NCBI RefSeq assembly: GCF_009914755.1
Contig: NC_060925.1
Length of the DNA: 64,000 nucleotides
Direction: 5' to 3' (one strand)
Source: the human T2T-CHM13v2.0 reference genome, Homo sapiens
Below the pieces are notes generated by a model. The model had not been told where the DNA came from and searched no databases. It saw only the letters and a list, made by a program, of their open reading frames with translations. Of the stretch, positions 18,854-34,059 are shown in pieces. Within the stretch, counting starts at the first letter, position 1. The number at the start of each line of letters is the position of its first letter. Both the position numbers and the translations under genes were made by a program.

Positions 18854-20552
18854 TCAATCTGTTAACATTTTATCATGAGATTGCAGCAACTCATTCATAT
18901 CTTCAGGCTCCACTTCTAATTCTAGTTCTCATTCTATTTCCACCACATCTACAGTTACTCTTGAATTCCTTGAAGTCATGCATGAAGGTTGGAATCAGCT
19001 TCTTCCCAACTCCTGTTAATGTTAATATGTTGACCTTCTCCCATGAATCACATTCTTAATGGCGTGTAGAATGGTGACTTCTTTCCAGCAAGTTTTCACT
19101 TTGCCCAGATCCATCAGAGGAATCACTATCTATGGCAGACATAGCCTTATGAAATGCATTTCTTAAATAACAAGACTTGACGGTCGAAATAATAACTTGA
19201 TCCATGGGTTGCAGAATGTATGCTGTGTTATGATGCATGAAAATAACATTCATCTTCTTTGCACATCTCCACCAGAGCTCTTGGGTGACCAGATGCATTG
19301 TTAGTAAGCAACAATATTTTGAAAGGAATCTTTTTTTCCTAAGCAGTACACATCAACAATGTGCTTAAAATATTCAGTAAATCATGCTGTAAACAGATAC
19401 ACTGTCATCCAGGCTTTCTTGTTCCATTCCTAGAGCAAAGGCAGAGTGGTTTAGCATAATTCTTAAAGACCTCAGGATTTTTCAGAATGGTCTTTGAGCA
19501 TTAGCGTCAACTGAGAGTCATCAGCTGAATTAGCCCCTAAAGAGAATCAGCTTGTCTTTTGACTCTTTGAAGCCAGGCATTGACTTCTCCTCTCTAGTTA
19601 TGAAAGTTCTCGGTGACATCTTCCAATAGAAGACTGTTTCATCTCCTTTGTGGTTTAGTGTAGCCACCTTCATCAATGATATTAGATCTTCTGGATAACT
19701 TATGCAGCTTCTACATCAGCACTTGCTGCTTAGTCTTGCACTTTTATGTTATGGAGATGGCTTTTTAAACCTCATGAACCAATCTCTGCTAGTTTCCAAC
19801 TCTTCTTCTGCAGCTTCTTCACCTCTCTCAGGCTTCATAGAATTGAAGAGAATTAGAGTCTTGCTCTGAATAAGAGTTTGGCTTAAGGAAATGTCATGTC
19901 TAGTTTGATCTTCTATCCTGACCACTCAAACTTTTCAGCAACAAAGCTATTTCACTTTCTTGTCATTTTTGTGTTCCCTGGAGTAGTTCTTAATTTCCTT
20001 CAGGAATTTTTCTTTTGCATGCATAATTTGGCCAACCGTTCTGGCTCAAGAAACCTAGCTTTTGGCCTATGTTTGTTTTTGACATGCCTTCCTCATTAAG
20101 CTTAGTCATTTCTAGCTTTTGATTTAAAGTGAGAGACATGTGAATCTTCATTTTACTTGAACACCTAGATGCCATTTTAGGGTTACTAACTGGCCTAACT
20201 CAGTGTTGTTGTGTCTCAGGTAATAGGAAGGACTGAGGAGAAGGAGAGAGATGGGGGAGTGGCCAGTCAGTGGAGCAGTCAGAGCACACACAATTTATTG
20301 CTTACGTTTGCTGTCTTGGATGGGCACAGTCCATGGCAGCTCCCCAAACAATGACAATAGTAACATCAAAAATCACCCAACACGGATCACCTTAGCAATG
20401 AAAAAGTTTGAGACATTTCCAGAACTGCCAAAATGTGATAGAGAAACACAAAGTGAGCACATGTAGTTGGAAAATTGGGACCAATAGACTTGCTAGATGC
20501 AGGGTTGCCACAAACCTTCAATTTGTTAAAAAAAAAAAAAAGTGACATTTGT

Positions 20553-20824
<272 letters not shown>

Positions 20825-22118
20825 GCAGCATTCATGAAGTGCAATAAAGTGAGCACAATAAAACAAGGTGTGCCTGTTTATTACTTTTAATAGTTATAGA
20901 AAAGTTGCATCAGGAAAAATAAAGTTCTGTCCTGACCTTTTGCCTTAAACAACTGGGTTTCCTTTATGTTCAGATCTAGTTAAAATTTGACCCCATAGAC
21001 CTTGTTTACCTTGTTGGTTTTCCATCCCTTTACCCCATTAATGAATTCTGTATATTCATATTGCATTACCCAAGTGGAGATGGAAACTTATGAGACACTT
21101 AGAATAACATCTTCAAAGAGTGAAAAGAGCAGAGACAGTGAGGAAGATAATAGTAAAAGCAGAATTTGAGAGGAGATTCAGGATGCTTGCATTTCATGCA
21201 GCATGTACACTAGATAACTCACTAGATTCTCTCAAGGTTTTTCCTTACTCTTTCCTTGCCCATTTCTGATCCCTGTTTTTCCCATTTTCCTTCCTTCCTC
21301 ATGTTCTTCCCTTCTCTTATCTTTCAAACCTCTGTTCCTTTGGGATAATGGCAATAATTACAGGTACCATGTATTGAGCTTCTACTACGTGTACTGAAAT
21401 GCAAGTAAGTTTATAAGGTGCAGGACCGGGATTAAAATGTAAGTCCTGACTCTCAAACCCCACTTGCTTTTCCCTGCCTTACATTGCCTCTATATTGAAA
21501 TTCAAAAGGAAAAACCAAAAACCAAAAACCAAAACACTCTTGTTAATTTTTTTCTTGTTAAAAACAAAGGAAAAAGGTAGGTTGCAAAAAAAAGAACAAA
21601 CAAAAAAAACCCCAAAACAAAACCCCACAAAAAAGCATGCTTATGATGTTTCTTTGTCACTTTAATCTTCCTTCAAATAAAAAGAAATCCAAACCCAAAG
21701 TCATTGTATCTTTCAGCTTTTCCTGTGTCAAATGGCATAGAAATATGAGGAACATAGATACAGATAAAATCTTTGCTATCAGAATACAAATACAAGCTGG
21801 AGAAGACAAACGCATAAGCTGTTGAAATGGAAGGAATGACCATAAACCATGGGACGTTTATATTCATGTTTCCAAATAGCTCTCATTCATTATACACTTA
21901 GATCTAATTCTCTTCTTCAGCTGAGTTTAGGAGAAATTTTCCACTTGTGGCAGCAGTGTTGAATCAAAAAGCAATTTATATTTTGCTAAACAACAAAGGT
22001 GCTTCAAAGCTTCCCTGTACAAATGTGGTAGAGATTTTAGCATCAACGACCACCCCCCACTCTCTTGGCACCGTTTACTTCTTCGGTAAATTACAAACAA
22101 ATTAACAACTTTGTTATG

Positions 22119-22189
22119 TTAATATTTCAGCAATGGCGACCACCATGTACTGAAGATGTAATCTTTCGGAAGTCTTTCCATCAAGCTTT
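22119..22189 (-). CDS. Candidate terminal coding exon (unidentified gene)
   Basis: Branch point ACTAAC plus ttattttctccAG acceptor. Open frame xSLMERLPKDYIFSTWWSPLLKY* (a second frame is also open). ATTAAA at 21661-21666 on the minus strand is followed by a U/GU-rich tract. The peptide is not recognised. Confidence 0.35.
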
Positions 22190-22304
22190 CTGGAGAAAAT
22201 AAATCGTGTTAGTTACTACAAAGCTTAACTAGAGCTCAACTAATTGGCAATTCACATTCAAAACTTGACTACATATAGCATCTGTTGTTTTTGTCTAGTA
22301 AGTG

Positions 22305-22915
22305 TTTTTTTAGAAATAATTTATTGAGGTGAAATTCACAAAACATAACATGAATTGTTTTAAAGTGAACAATTCAGTGGCATTTAGTACAATCATGATG
22401 TTGTGCAACCATCAGCTCTATCTGGCTCCCAAAAAATCCATCGCTCCAAAGTAAAGTCCTTTACCCATTAACCCATTTATGCTAGAGGTCACAAATTTTT
22501 TTGTGAAAAATCAGACTTAGGCAATGACCTTGAGCAGTAGCATGTAAATAACTCCGACAAACTTAGCATTCCAATAATGGAACACTAGGCATAATTAAGG
22601 AGTTTCTGCCCACTCCTTCCTTTCCCCAGCCCCTGGCAATCATCACTGCACTTTGCCTGGATGGATTTGTCTATTCTGGCTATTTCATATAAGTGGAATC
22701 ATATATTATGTGTCCAGTTTCTCTCACTCAGCATAATGCAGATTCATCTACATTTTAGCATGTATCAGGACTGTCTTCCTTTTCATAGCAGAATAATATT
22801 CTATTGTATGGCTATACCAGTTTGTTTATCCATTTATCTGTCGATGGATGTTTGGGCTGTTTCCACTTTTTGGCTGTTGTGAATAGTGCTGCTATAATAT
22901 GTGTTTCTTTAAACG
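22305..22915 (-). mobile_element. L1MA/MB 3' end fragment
   Basis: Antisense L1M 3' UTR: ttattgaggtgaaattcac...aattcagtggcatttagtac...tggatgtttgggctgtttccac. Confidence 0.85.
22472..22594 (+). mobile_element. MER85 (piggyBac/PGBD3-family MITE)
   Basis: TTAA|CCCATTTATGC...gaccttgagcagtag...TTCCAATAATGGAAC...ctaggcataa|TTAA. The right TIR lacks its last 5 nt. Confidence 0.92.
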
Positions 22916-23199
22916 TTGTTTTGATTAGGGCTATGTAGGCACATAGCTTCAAGAGTCAAATAGTTCCACAAGGCCTCTTAGGAAAAGCGGCAGTTCCTTG
23001 AACATCTCTCATCCCACTTTGCTACTGTTTTCCTACTCCCAAAGGTGAGTGGGAATATGAACTATTTCTGGGTCTGTGTTTCCTGTAGGAATTGTTCTAT
23101 TCCTTTCTGGAAGTGCTTTTCTGCCTTGCACACATGTTGCAATCAGCCCTCAGCCTCAGGTCTCCAGGGCTCAGGCGCACTGCCCCGCCAACAGCTCCT

Positions 23200-23500
23200 C
23201 CTCCCTTGTGCTTGATTCTGCAAATTCTAACTGTCCAGGCCTCCCTGCACTCCATCTCTGTCTCCTCCATTCTGTGCTCTCTTTAGATCCCTCTCCCTTC
23301 CTTGCAGCCCAGAGACTGCCTTCATCTGGGCCAACTGTGGGGCTCATCTGGCTGGTTTCCCTTCTCTCAGAGACCACAGCCCTGCCCTACCTATTGTCCA
23401 CTGTCTGAAAACCATCTTTTCATATCTGGTTTTCTAGGTGTTTAAGGCAGGAAGATTGATACATTCAGTTGCTGTTACTCTATCCTGGTGAGATTCAGAA
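23200..23500 (-). mobile_element. HAL1/old L1M 5' region fragment
   Basis: tttcccttctctcagagaccacag...ccactgtctgaaaacc...ctgttactctatcctgg resembles the HAL1 5' end. Confidence 0.5.
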
Positions 23501-25153
23501 GCCCTTCTCTGTGGATTTTTAGTGATAGTTTTCTTTTTAAGTTTCCTTCTTTCAGGCCAGTCTTTTTTTTTTTTTTTTTTTTTGCAGTTTTCCCCACTTG
23601 TTTATTTTTGTCTTTGTCTTTGACAATTGAGACTTTCCCCAAACGCCTGGTGATTCTAGGCTGTTCCTACTAAAGCCTAGGATGCTAAATGGATGAGAGG
23701 CTCCATGTTTATGAGGAAGTTTGTCATCTCATGGGATTCACTGGAGAATGAACTGATTTTTAGAGCTCTTTACATTAACAACTAAGATTGACCTTTAATG
23801 AATTAATAGTATAATTTGTTTCAAATTAAGAAGTGACCTTACATCCTATGGAATGTGGAATTTTAAGGGAAAGCTGATAGTAAGAAATAGACTTTCTCAT
23901 ATATGTTAAATCATAAACTATTCCTTACTCTGTGTAAGCAAAAGAGTACTTTGTTTTATATAAATTCTTACTTTACTCTGAAAGGATGATTGAATGTTTT
24001 TTCTTGTGCAGAGTATAACCTCCTTTGAAGAAAGGAATCATGGCCTCTTTTTTTTTTTCTTTTGCTGTATTGAATTCTTTCTCTCCTCCAAGACCTCCAC
24101 TTATCTGCTCCTTGACCCTGAAAATCATGCTCAGGGGACTGCAGAATTAATGATTTACCTGTTTAATGAGGTGCTCTGATCAGTGTTAAATACAATTTAT
24201 GGGAGGCCATTGTTTTGGATGGAGCTCCTATCGTAGGCCCCAACGCACCCGACCAAACCAGAAGGGAGTCACTCATGGCTAGGCTAATTCCAGGCCTAGC
24301 CTTTTTAGTTCATAATTCCTGTAATAAGGGCCTTGCAGAGCCTCCCACACACTGACTGCCCTGTTGAATTGTTACTAGAGACTGTGAGCGATGATAAAGA
24401 GAAATGTTTGCATATATCAAAATCTTCCTGTATCTCTTGACATGTCAAATTGTCATCTGGGAATAATGAGGAGAATTATGGCATGCTGAGAATATACTGT
24501 CTATCTTCAGTGGAAGAGGTTTAAGAAGCGCCTGATAACATTATAAAATCCCCCTCTTAAATCATCTTACCTCATACATGTGTACATGCCAAAGTTATTA
24601 CAAAGGAAAATAGAAAGGTAAATGCCACATCATTTTGCAAGAATGGCAAGAATTAACACTTCAGCAAATACTTTTCCTAATGAAATATTTTAAATTCTAA
24701 CTACCCAACTATCAAATTAATCCATTGCAGATTGAGTAACTCTGGGACTAGTTCGCTCCTTGAAGGAGTGCTATAAACTACTAGGGGGCACCATTTTACA
24801 TATCAATCTGGTCTTTGCTGACCTTGGACTAAGTTCTAGTCCCTGAATTAAACATAGAGAAACTTGTGACTCATCTGGATTTTAAATTTTGGATGCTACT
24901 AGGAGAAACTTTTAAGTAAACATTGCATTTTAATATACTTATTTTTCTGAAGTGGGTGAATTGAACATTTCAGACTTTAGAACCCATAATTTATTTCTCT
25001 ATGTTTTTCAAACGGAAAAAAGAACAAAGGAAAAATCCATCTTCATTATTTTAACTCTCTGTATTATCTGCCATAGTGTTCAGTGAGATCATCTTTAAAA
25101 GGTTAAGTGACTTGGAAATTTGCAAAATGTTCCTAGTTTCATGTTCTATTCAG

Positions 25154-25222
25154 CTGTCCCAGGAGAGGATACTGAAGATACTGGCCATGTTAGCCATCAG
25201 CATTGCTGATCCCTGGGACTAT
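25154..25222 (+). CDS. Candidate 69-nt internal exon (unidentified)
   Basis: ttctattcAG acceptor, TAT|GTGAGC donor, frame-preserving, LSQERILKILAMLAISIADPWDY. The peptide is not recognised. Confidence 0.25.
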
Positions 25223-26276
25223 GTGAGCAACACCGTACTGAAGAAAAGGGAAGAGAATAAAGATAATACACATCTGGAGCTATGCAGGACAGAGAAAAAA
25301 ATATGAAGTGATTCTTGTATATACATATGCTGTTTTTACTAAGACACTTAATGACATAAAGATTAGAGAACAATACAAGATAGGTTATCTTGTATAGGGC
25401 TCAATCATGTGGTATAAATTGTAAATCCTAAAAAGATTCAGAGAAAGGAGATATCAGTGTGGGTTTAGAGGACTGGGGTGGACAGCAGAATGTTCTGGGA
25501 GTTCATGATCTAAGAGCAGATAGAATTCCTTCCGAAGCCATTAAGAAGAGGTGTGCTGTCTCCAGATGGAGCAGCGGCCAGCAAAGACAAAGAGGTGACA
25601 AAGGAGGAGTTTTGCCAAATGGGCACCTGCTGGAGGAGGATCTGACTGGAGAAGATCTGTAATACAGGAAAAAAGTTAAAGACATGTTTGCATGATGATC
25701 ATCATTAGCCTATCAGAACAGCTAGTTTCTCTGGAAATAATTTTTTTCTACCATGCAAATTTTGTAAAATATGTTTGAGGTAGGGCTTCGTGAACAAATA
25801 ATGCAACAGTTCTGTGTGGGCTGTGTCTCGGTTTGAGCCCTGTCTGGTTGTGCGATAGTAGGATCGTATTTTAACTTGCTAAGATTCCAAAGGCTCCATA
25901 GCCTGTCTTCTTTCTATTTGCTTTATTTACTTCCTGTTATTTTCCAACATGCACATTTCACAAGTGTCAATCTAATTTCTTCTACTTTCCATAAACTTCT
26001 ACTTTCATATCTTTTACTCAGAATAAACATTTTTTAAAAAATCCTTCCTGTTTGTAACAATATGATGAAGGCTTGAGGCCTTTGCAGGTTATCTTGGCCT
26101 TCTTTGGTCTTCCTCTCCTTTGGACTCCTAAAACATTTTGGATCTATAGCACTCCCACCCCCATTCAATTCTTACCCATAAATTCTCTCATATTATGTAT
26201 ATTTTTGAGTACGTATTTGTGTGTTTCTCACTTGGTTACAATTTTTTAAATAGCAGCGGCCATGGTATAATATTGA

Positions 26277-26582
<306 letters not shown>

Positions 26583-27119
26583 GGGCTGACATTGTTGAAT
26601 TTTTGGAATTTTTTGGGTTGCTTACTTTGATCTTCTTAAAGATTGTTTGGTAAAGTTTGTGTTTAGAAGTTAAGGGGGAAAATGAAGCCGCCATATCGAC
26701 CAGAGTGTCATTTTAATTTTTTGAGATCTTTCACAGTAAAAACTCGTAGGAAATAAGAATGAAATCTTGGAAATAGGTCTCGGGGAGCATAAATAATAAA
26801 ATCTATTTTTAGAATGTGTCTTATAACATTTTCATATATGATAGTTTCATAATTTTAGGTGAATAGCCACACAGCTGTGTTTTCCTCCCTAAAAAATTTT
26901 ATATTTCCATCAGGAGATCCCTGAATATTATCTTAACAGAATTTATTATCTTTTAATGTTTATGCCCTATACAGTAAGCTTTAAAATTTATCACATATTA
27001 AAAGTAGTTATGATATTTTCTAAAATTACATTATCACAATAGATCAGTTAAAATAAAACTTTTGCCAATAAGATCATTATTATTATGTATATGATTCTAG
27101 TCAACTAAGAAAATTGTTC

Positions 27120-27272
27120 GGTGGGGGGAGGGGGGAGGGATAGCATTAGGAGATATACCTAATGTTAAATGACGAGTTAATGGGTGCAGCACACCAACAT
27201 GGCACGTGTATACATATGTAACAAACCTGCACGTTGTGCATATGTACCCTAAAACTTAAAGTATAATTAAAA
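27120..27272 (+). mobile_element. Short young L1PA 3' end
   Basis: G-rich tract, gcattaggagatatacctaatg...aaagtataat and an A-tail. TSD AAAATTGTTC at 27110-27119 and 27273-27282. Confidence 0.95.
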
Positions 27273-27689
27273 AAAATTGTTCACACCTGAATGGCTAAAA
27301 CAGATTTAGAGAAATTTTTGTTTATGAATATAGATGCATCGTACTCCAATAAATGTGGAGCGTCTGAACTGAAAGTTAGGTGAAGTAATACACATTTCTT
27401 TTTTTAATGTTTTTTTTGTAAGACCTATACAATTTTTAAAGAGCAGTTACGTTAAAATAATGTTGCTATTTTACTTGATTTGCTAAATTCTTCTTAAGAA
27501 GCTTATTAGAAGAAACGATGCAGAATTATACTCAGTCAAATTACTAATGTGACTTTAACAACAGAGCAAATAGATATATTTTCCTTCTGCATTTTACTTT
27601 TCAAATTCTGCTTATGTTGGTATATTATTTCTAACTCCCATTGGCAAAGAGACATCTCTTCTTTTGTTCAAGAAGAGTATATAATATTA

Positions 27690-27820
27690 TACGGGGGAGG
27701 ATATGTGTAGGTTACATGCAAATACTACATCATTTGTATACGGGGCTGGAGCATCCATGATTTTTGTTATTTGTCGGGGATCCCAGGGCCAATGTCCTGA
27801 GGATACTCAGAGACAACTGT
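27690..27820. mobile_element. Tigger3/MER7-type terminal fragment
   Basis: ggaggatatgtgtaggttacatgcaaatactac...ggatactcagagacaactg|TA. Confidence 0.8.
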
Positions 27821-27899
27821 ATGTTGTACACAGTTTAAATGGTACATAAAAAGATGCAATGAAAAGCAAATTTCTTACTTATCTATGTCTTCCAGTTGG

Positions 27900-29500
<1,601 letters not shown>

Positions 29501-29784
29501 AGACCTAAAAGTATTTCCACCTATTCCTGGGTTAAAAAAAAAAAACTCTTAGTGTCTTCTTACAAAGTTGTTGCTCTGTCAAACTCTTCCATTCACTGAA
29601 AGAAAACAGTCTGTGATGCATTTTAAAGACAGCATGCTTGCATTTGTCTTTTCTTCCTGGATTTCTCTACTTGACCTGTTGGGGCCTAATGGAGAAAGAA
29701 AACATGTTCTAATAATACATTCTAAAAGTTAGCTTAGAAAGATGTTTCTTTAACACTTCCATTCAACACAAAGTTAAGGTGAAC

Positions 29785-32003
29785 ATTAAAAAAAATTTAA
29801 ATGAATGAAAATAGAGACACAACATACCAATGCTTCTAGGATACAGCAAAAGCAGTGCTAAGAGGAAAGTTTATAGTGTTAAAAGCCTATATAAAAATAT
29901 AGAAAGATCATCAGTTAACAACCTAATGTGCCTCAAGGAACAACATTAGGAAAAACAAGGACAAACCAAACCCAAAGCTAGCAGAAGACAAGAAATAACA
30001 AATATCAGAGCAGAACTAAATGAAATTGAGATTAAAAAAAAGCTGCCTCCAACACCCCAACCCACACACGCGCATTCACCACACAGTCATACAAAGGATA
30101 AATGAAACGAAAAGTTGGTTCTTCGAAAAGATAAACAAATTGATTGTTCATTAGCTGCATTAAGCAAAAAAAAAAAAAAAAAAAAAAGACAAGCTTCAAG
30201 TAAGCACAACTAGAAATGACAAAGGTGACATTACAACTGATGCCATAGAAATGCAAAACATTATCATTGACTACTATGAGCATCTCTATGATATGGGAGG
30301 GGGTCAGGGAAGTGCTGGGTAGAGAAGGGTGGGATCCCTGGTGAGGGCTCCACCCTGAGGCCTGTGCCCATGGACCTAAGTGACAATAGGCACTTCTGTT
30401 TTCAAGCCCAAATGTTGCATTTTCTAAGACCACTCTGGCCTACCATGACCCCTCTCCTGTGCCTATGAAAACCCTGAGGCCCTAGCAGGCACAGACACAG
30501 GCGACTGAACGTCGAGAGGAACACACCAGCAGAAGAACATACCCAGAGACGCTGGCCGACCATTGACAGCAGAACGATGTGGATGACGTGGAATTTGGCC
30601 AAGGGCGGTCAGAGGAGAGCCCGGCCGCTGAGCGGCCGGACTCCAGGGAAGACCAGCTTCCTACTCCATCCCTCTTCTGGCTCCCCATCCACCTGCTGAG
30701 AGCTACTTCCACCACCCAGTAAAAAACCTCGCGCCCATCCTCCAAGCCCATGTGTGTTCCGATCGGTACACTAAGGCAAGCACCTGGGAACCCGGAATAC
30801 AGAAAGCCCTCTGTCCTCGCGATAAGGCACAGGGTGTAATCGAGCTGATTAACACGAGCTGCATGCTAAGCTGAAAGAGCACGCTGTAACACACGCCCAC
30901 TGAGACTTTGGGAGCCGTAAACACTCAATCCTAGAGGGTGTCGGAGCCCCACAACGTGCCCTTCTGCATGCTCCCCCAGGGGTTTGAGCAGCAGGGCACC
31001 GAGGAAGTGAGCTACACCTCCATTGCATGCCCTGGGAGGGGAACAAGGGAACTTTTCCCGTTTTATCTACAAACTAGAAAACATAGAGGAAATGAGTAAG
31101 TTCCTGAAAAATACAACCTCCCAAGACTGAACCAAAAGAAATAAAAATCCTGAACAGACCAATAATGACTAATGCGATTGAATCAATAATAAAAAATCTT
31201 CCAAAAAAAAAAAAAAAAAAAAAGCCCAGGACCAGACAGATTCATAGCTGAATTCTATCGGCCATACAAAAAATTGGTACCAATCCTACTGCAATTGTTC
31301 TAAAAAATTAAGGAGAAAGTAATCCTCCCCAACTTCTTCTACAAAGCCAGTATCATCTTAATACCAAAGCTAGGCAAAGACATAACAGAAAAAGAAAACT
31401 ACAGGCCAATAACTCTGATGAACATAGATGCAAAACCCTTAACAAAATACTAGCAATTGAATCCAACAGCACATCAAAAAGATGATACATCATGATCAAG
31501 GGTTTTATTCCAGGGATGCAAGGATGATTCAACATATGCAAGGATGCAAAAGTATTCAATAATCAAATCAATAAATGTGATTCAACACATAAACAGACTT
31601 AAAAATAAAAACTATGCGATTATCTCAATAGATGCAGAAAAAGCATATAATAAAATTCACCATTGCATCATAATGAAAACTCTCAATATGCTAAACATGT
31701 ACCTTAAAATAATAAAAGTCCATATACAACAAACCCACAGACAACATCCTACTGAATGGGAAAAAGTTGAAAGCATTCCTCCTAAGAACTGGAACAAGAC
31801 AAGGATGCTCACTTTCACTACTCCTATTCAGCATAGTACTGGAAGTCCTAGCTATACCAATCAGGCAAGAGAAAAAATAAAAGTTATCCAAATTGGAAAA
31901 GAAGTAAAATTATCTCTGTTGATGATATGATCCTAAAAAGAAAACCCTAAAGACTCCTCCAAAAGACTCCTAGATTTGATAAACGACTTCAGTAAAGTTT
32001 CAG
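29785..32003 (+). mobile_element. Old L1 (L1PB/L1MA) ORF2 fragment interrupted by LTR1
   Basis: ORF 31544-31930 (KSINVIQHINRLKNKNYAIISIDAEKA); colinear ORF2 sequence on both sides of the LTR. Confidence 0.9.
30289..31065 (+). mobile_element. LTR1-family (ERV1) solo LTR
   Basis: TGatatgggagggggtcagggaagtgctggg...ggaacttttcccgtttta, 777 bp, with 4-bp TSD TCTA. Confidence 0.88.
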
Positions 32004-32399
32004 ATTTTTTATTTTGTTTCATTGGGTGTCTCTTGAGTGTTTTAGTACCATTATACTATTTTAATTGCTCTTTTTATTTTTTAAGAATTTTCCAATTCTT
32101 TTTTTTCCATGGGAATTTTGGACTCAGCTTGCCTATTTATAAAGAAAATCTTATTTTATTTTAACTTCAGTTACAGCAAACATACTTATTTATGGAGAAT
32201 TGGCATTTTTGCAACATTGACTATTCTTATCCAATAAAAGGATATGTCTTCCCAGTTATTAAGGCCTTATGTTGTGTCTCTCTCAATAGTGTTTAAAATA
32301 TTTCTTCTTAGAGTTTTTACATTTAGATTAGGGTTATTTCTAGATATTTTATCTTTCTGACACTATTCTGAGTGTGCGTTTTCTTCTTTAGCATGCCTT

Positions 32400-32699
<300 letters not shown>

Positions 32700-33719
32700 T
32701 AGCATGTCTTATAACTGGTTTTTGTCTGTGTTTTGAATTGATTTTGAACTTTTTGAACTCGTTTACCTTTCTGAATTTTCATATTTTTTTTTGCAGTGTG
32801 GTCATTTTGAGTGGGTTGTTTTGGATTTTCCAGGCTTATAAACACCTAATCTTCAAAAAATGTAAATGTCACCTCCTCATTTTTACTGTTTATATCTCTT
32901 ATTTTTTTCTTTTGTTTAACTGCATTGATTAGTATGTTGAGAACAGAGTTATAAAGTGGTGACAGTTAACTGTCTAGTCTTGTCTTTGACTTAACAGAAA
33001 CTATCTTTTTGCTTTCTGACTCTTCTAGATAGCAGTTCATCCATGTTTTTATATTTATTTGCACATAATTGAGAGATCTGTTTTGCTTTGTAGTATTATT
33101 ACCATATTTGCGCATTCTTCCTGTTTTTCTTACTAATTTACTATTTATATGCAAAGAGCCACCTATTAAAACTGAAAGTTCAAATATACTGGAAATAGAT
33201 AGCCAGCTGCTGGGCTGGGCTTTCATTTCATGATTTTATTTTTGAATCTGGAGATTTGTCATACTTTCTTATAAGCTCAGCAATTCATTTAAAAGTGTTT
33301 CAACTATTTTTATCTGGCATTTCCAGGTGTTTTATGGCCAATGGCTTTCAGGATATCTAGTCTCTGTATGCTGGAAACGGAAGTCTTATTTATCTTTTTG
33401 AAGGTTAATGTTTGTTTTTCAGGAAGTGCTTTTCTTTAGCTTCTTTCACTACTTTCTATCTTCCCTCTTCCATACTTTTTCCTCTTTCTATATTTCCCTC
33501 TTCCACAGTTTTTCCTCTTTATTATTATTTTTGTCTAATAAACCCTGGTTTTTGTTGTTAAACATAATTTGCTTGCTGAGCTTATTGGATTTAAATCATA
33601 ATTAGAGAAGCTCAGAAAGCACCATGTTTCATTGACTACATGATGTGAGTGAGTTGATGTTGTCTTTTGAAAGAATCCAGGAGAGAAATTTTCAGTGACA
33701 ACATCAGATTCTAAGATGC

Positions 33720-33985
33720 ACTAGAGCAAGGAGTATGGATGTCTTGTCCATTCACTTGCTACATGATCTTGGGAAAGTTGCTTAACCTCTGTGAGCCTCA
33801 GTTTCCTTACTTGAAAAACAGGGATAAAGATAAAAATTAACTCATAAAATTAATTTCATATAAAGATTATTTTATATGAAACACATAAAGCAGCCTTAGT
33901 AAGCTTTTATGATTGTTTTAATGATACTATGCTAATTGCCTGCCAGGATACTTAACACATGGTAGTCATTAAAGATATTTAGAAA
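33720..33985 (+). mobile_element. MIR
   Basis: cttgggaaagttgcttaacctctgtgagcctcagtttcct. Confidence 0.8.
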
Positions 33986-34059
33986 TTGAATTTTGAATGG
34001 GTGAGCTTAACATAACATGCATGATTATCTTTTATTTAGTGACTCGGCACTATGCTGAT

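Noticed and set aside
24571-24676. Minus-strand coding exon upstream of the 22189 candidate
   Set aside because: The donor is good, but all three frames contain stops.
26625-26803. Minus-strand exon ending AAA|GTAAGC (MAASFSPLTSKHKLYQTIFKKIK)
   Set aside because: Only a short ATG-initiated frame is open, the acceptor is weak, and the donor phase (0) does not match either open frame of the 22189 exon.
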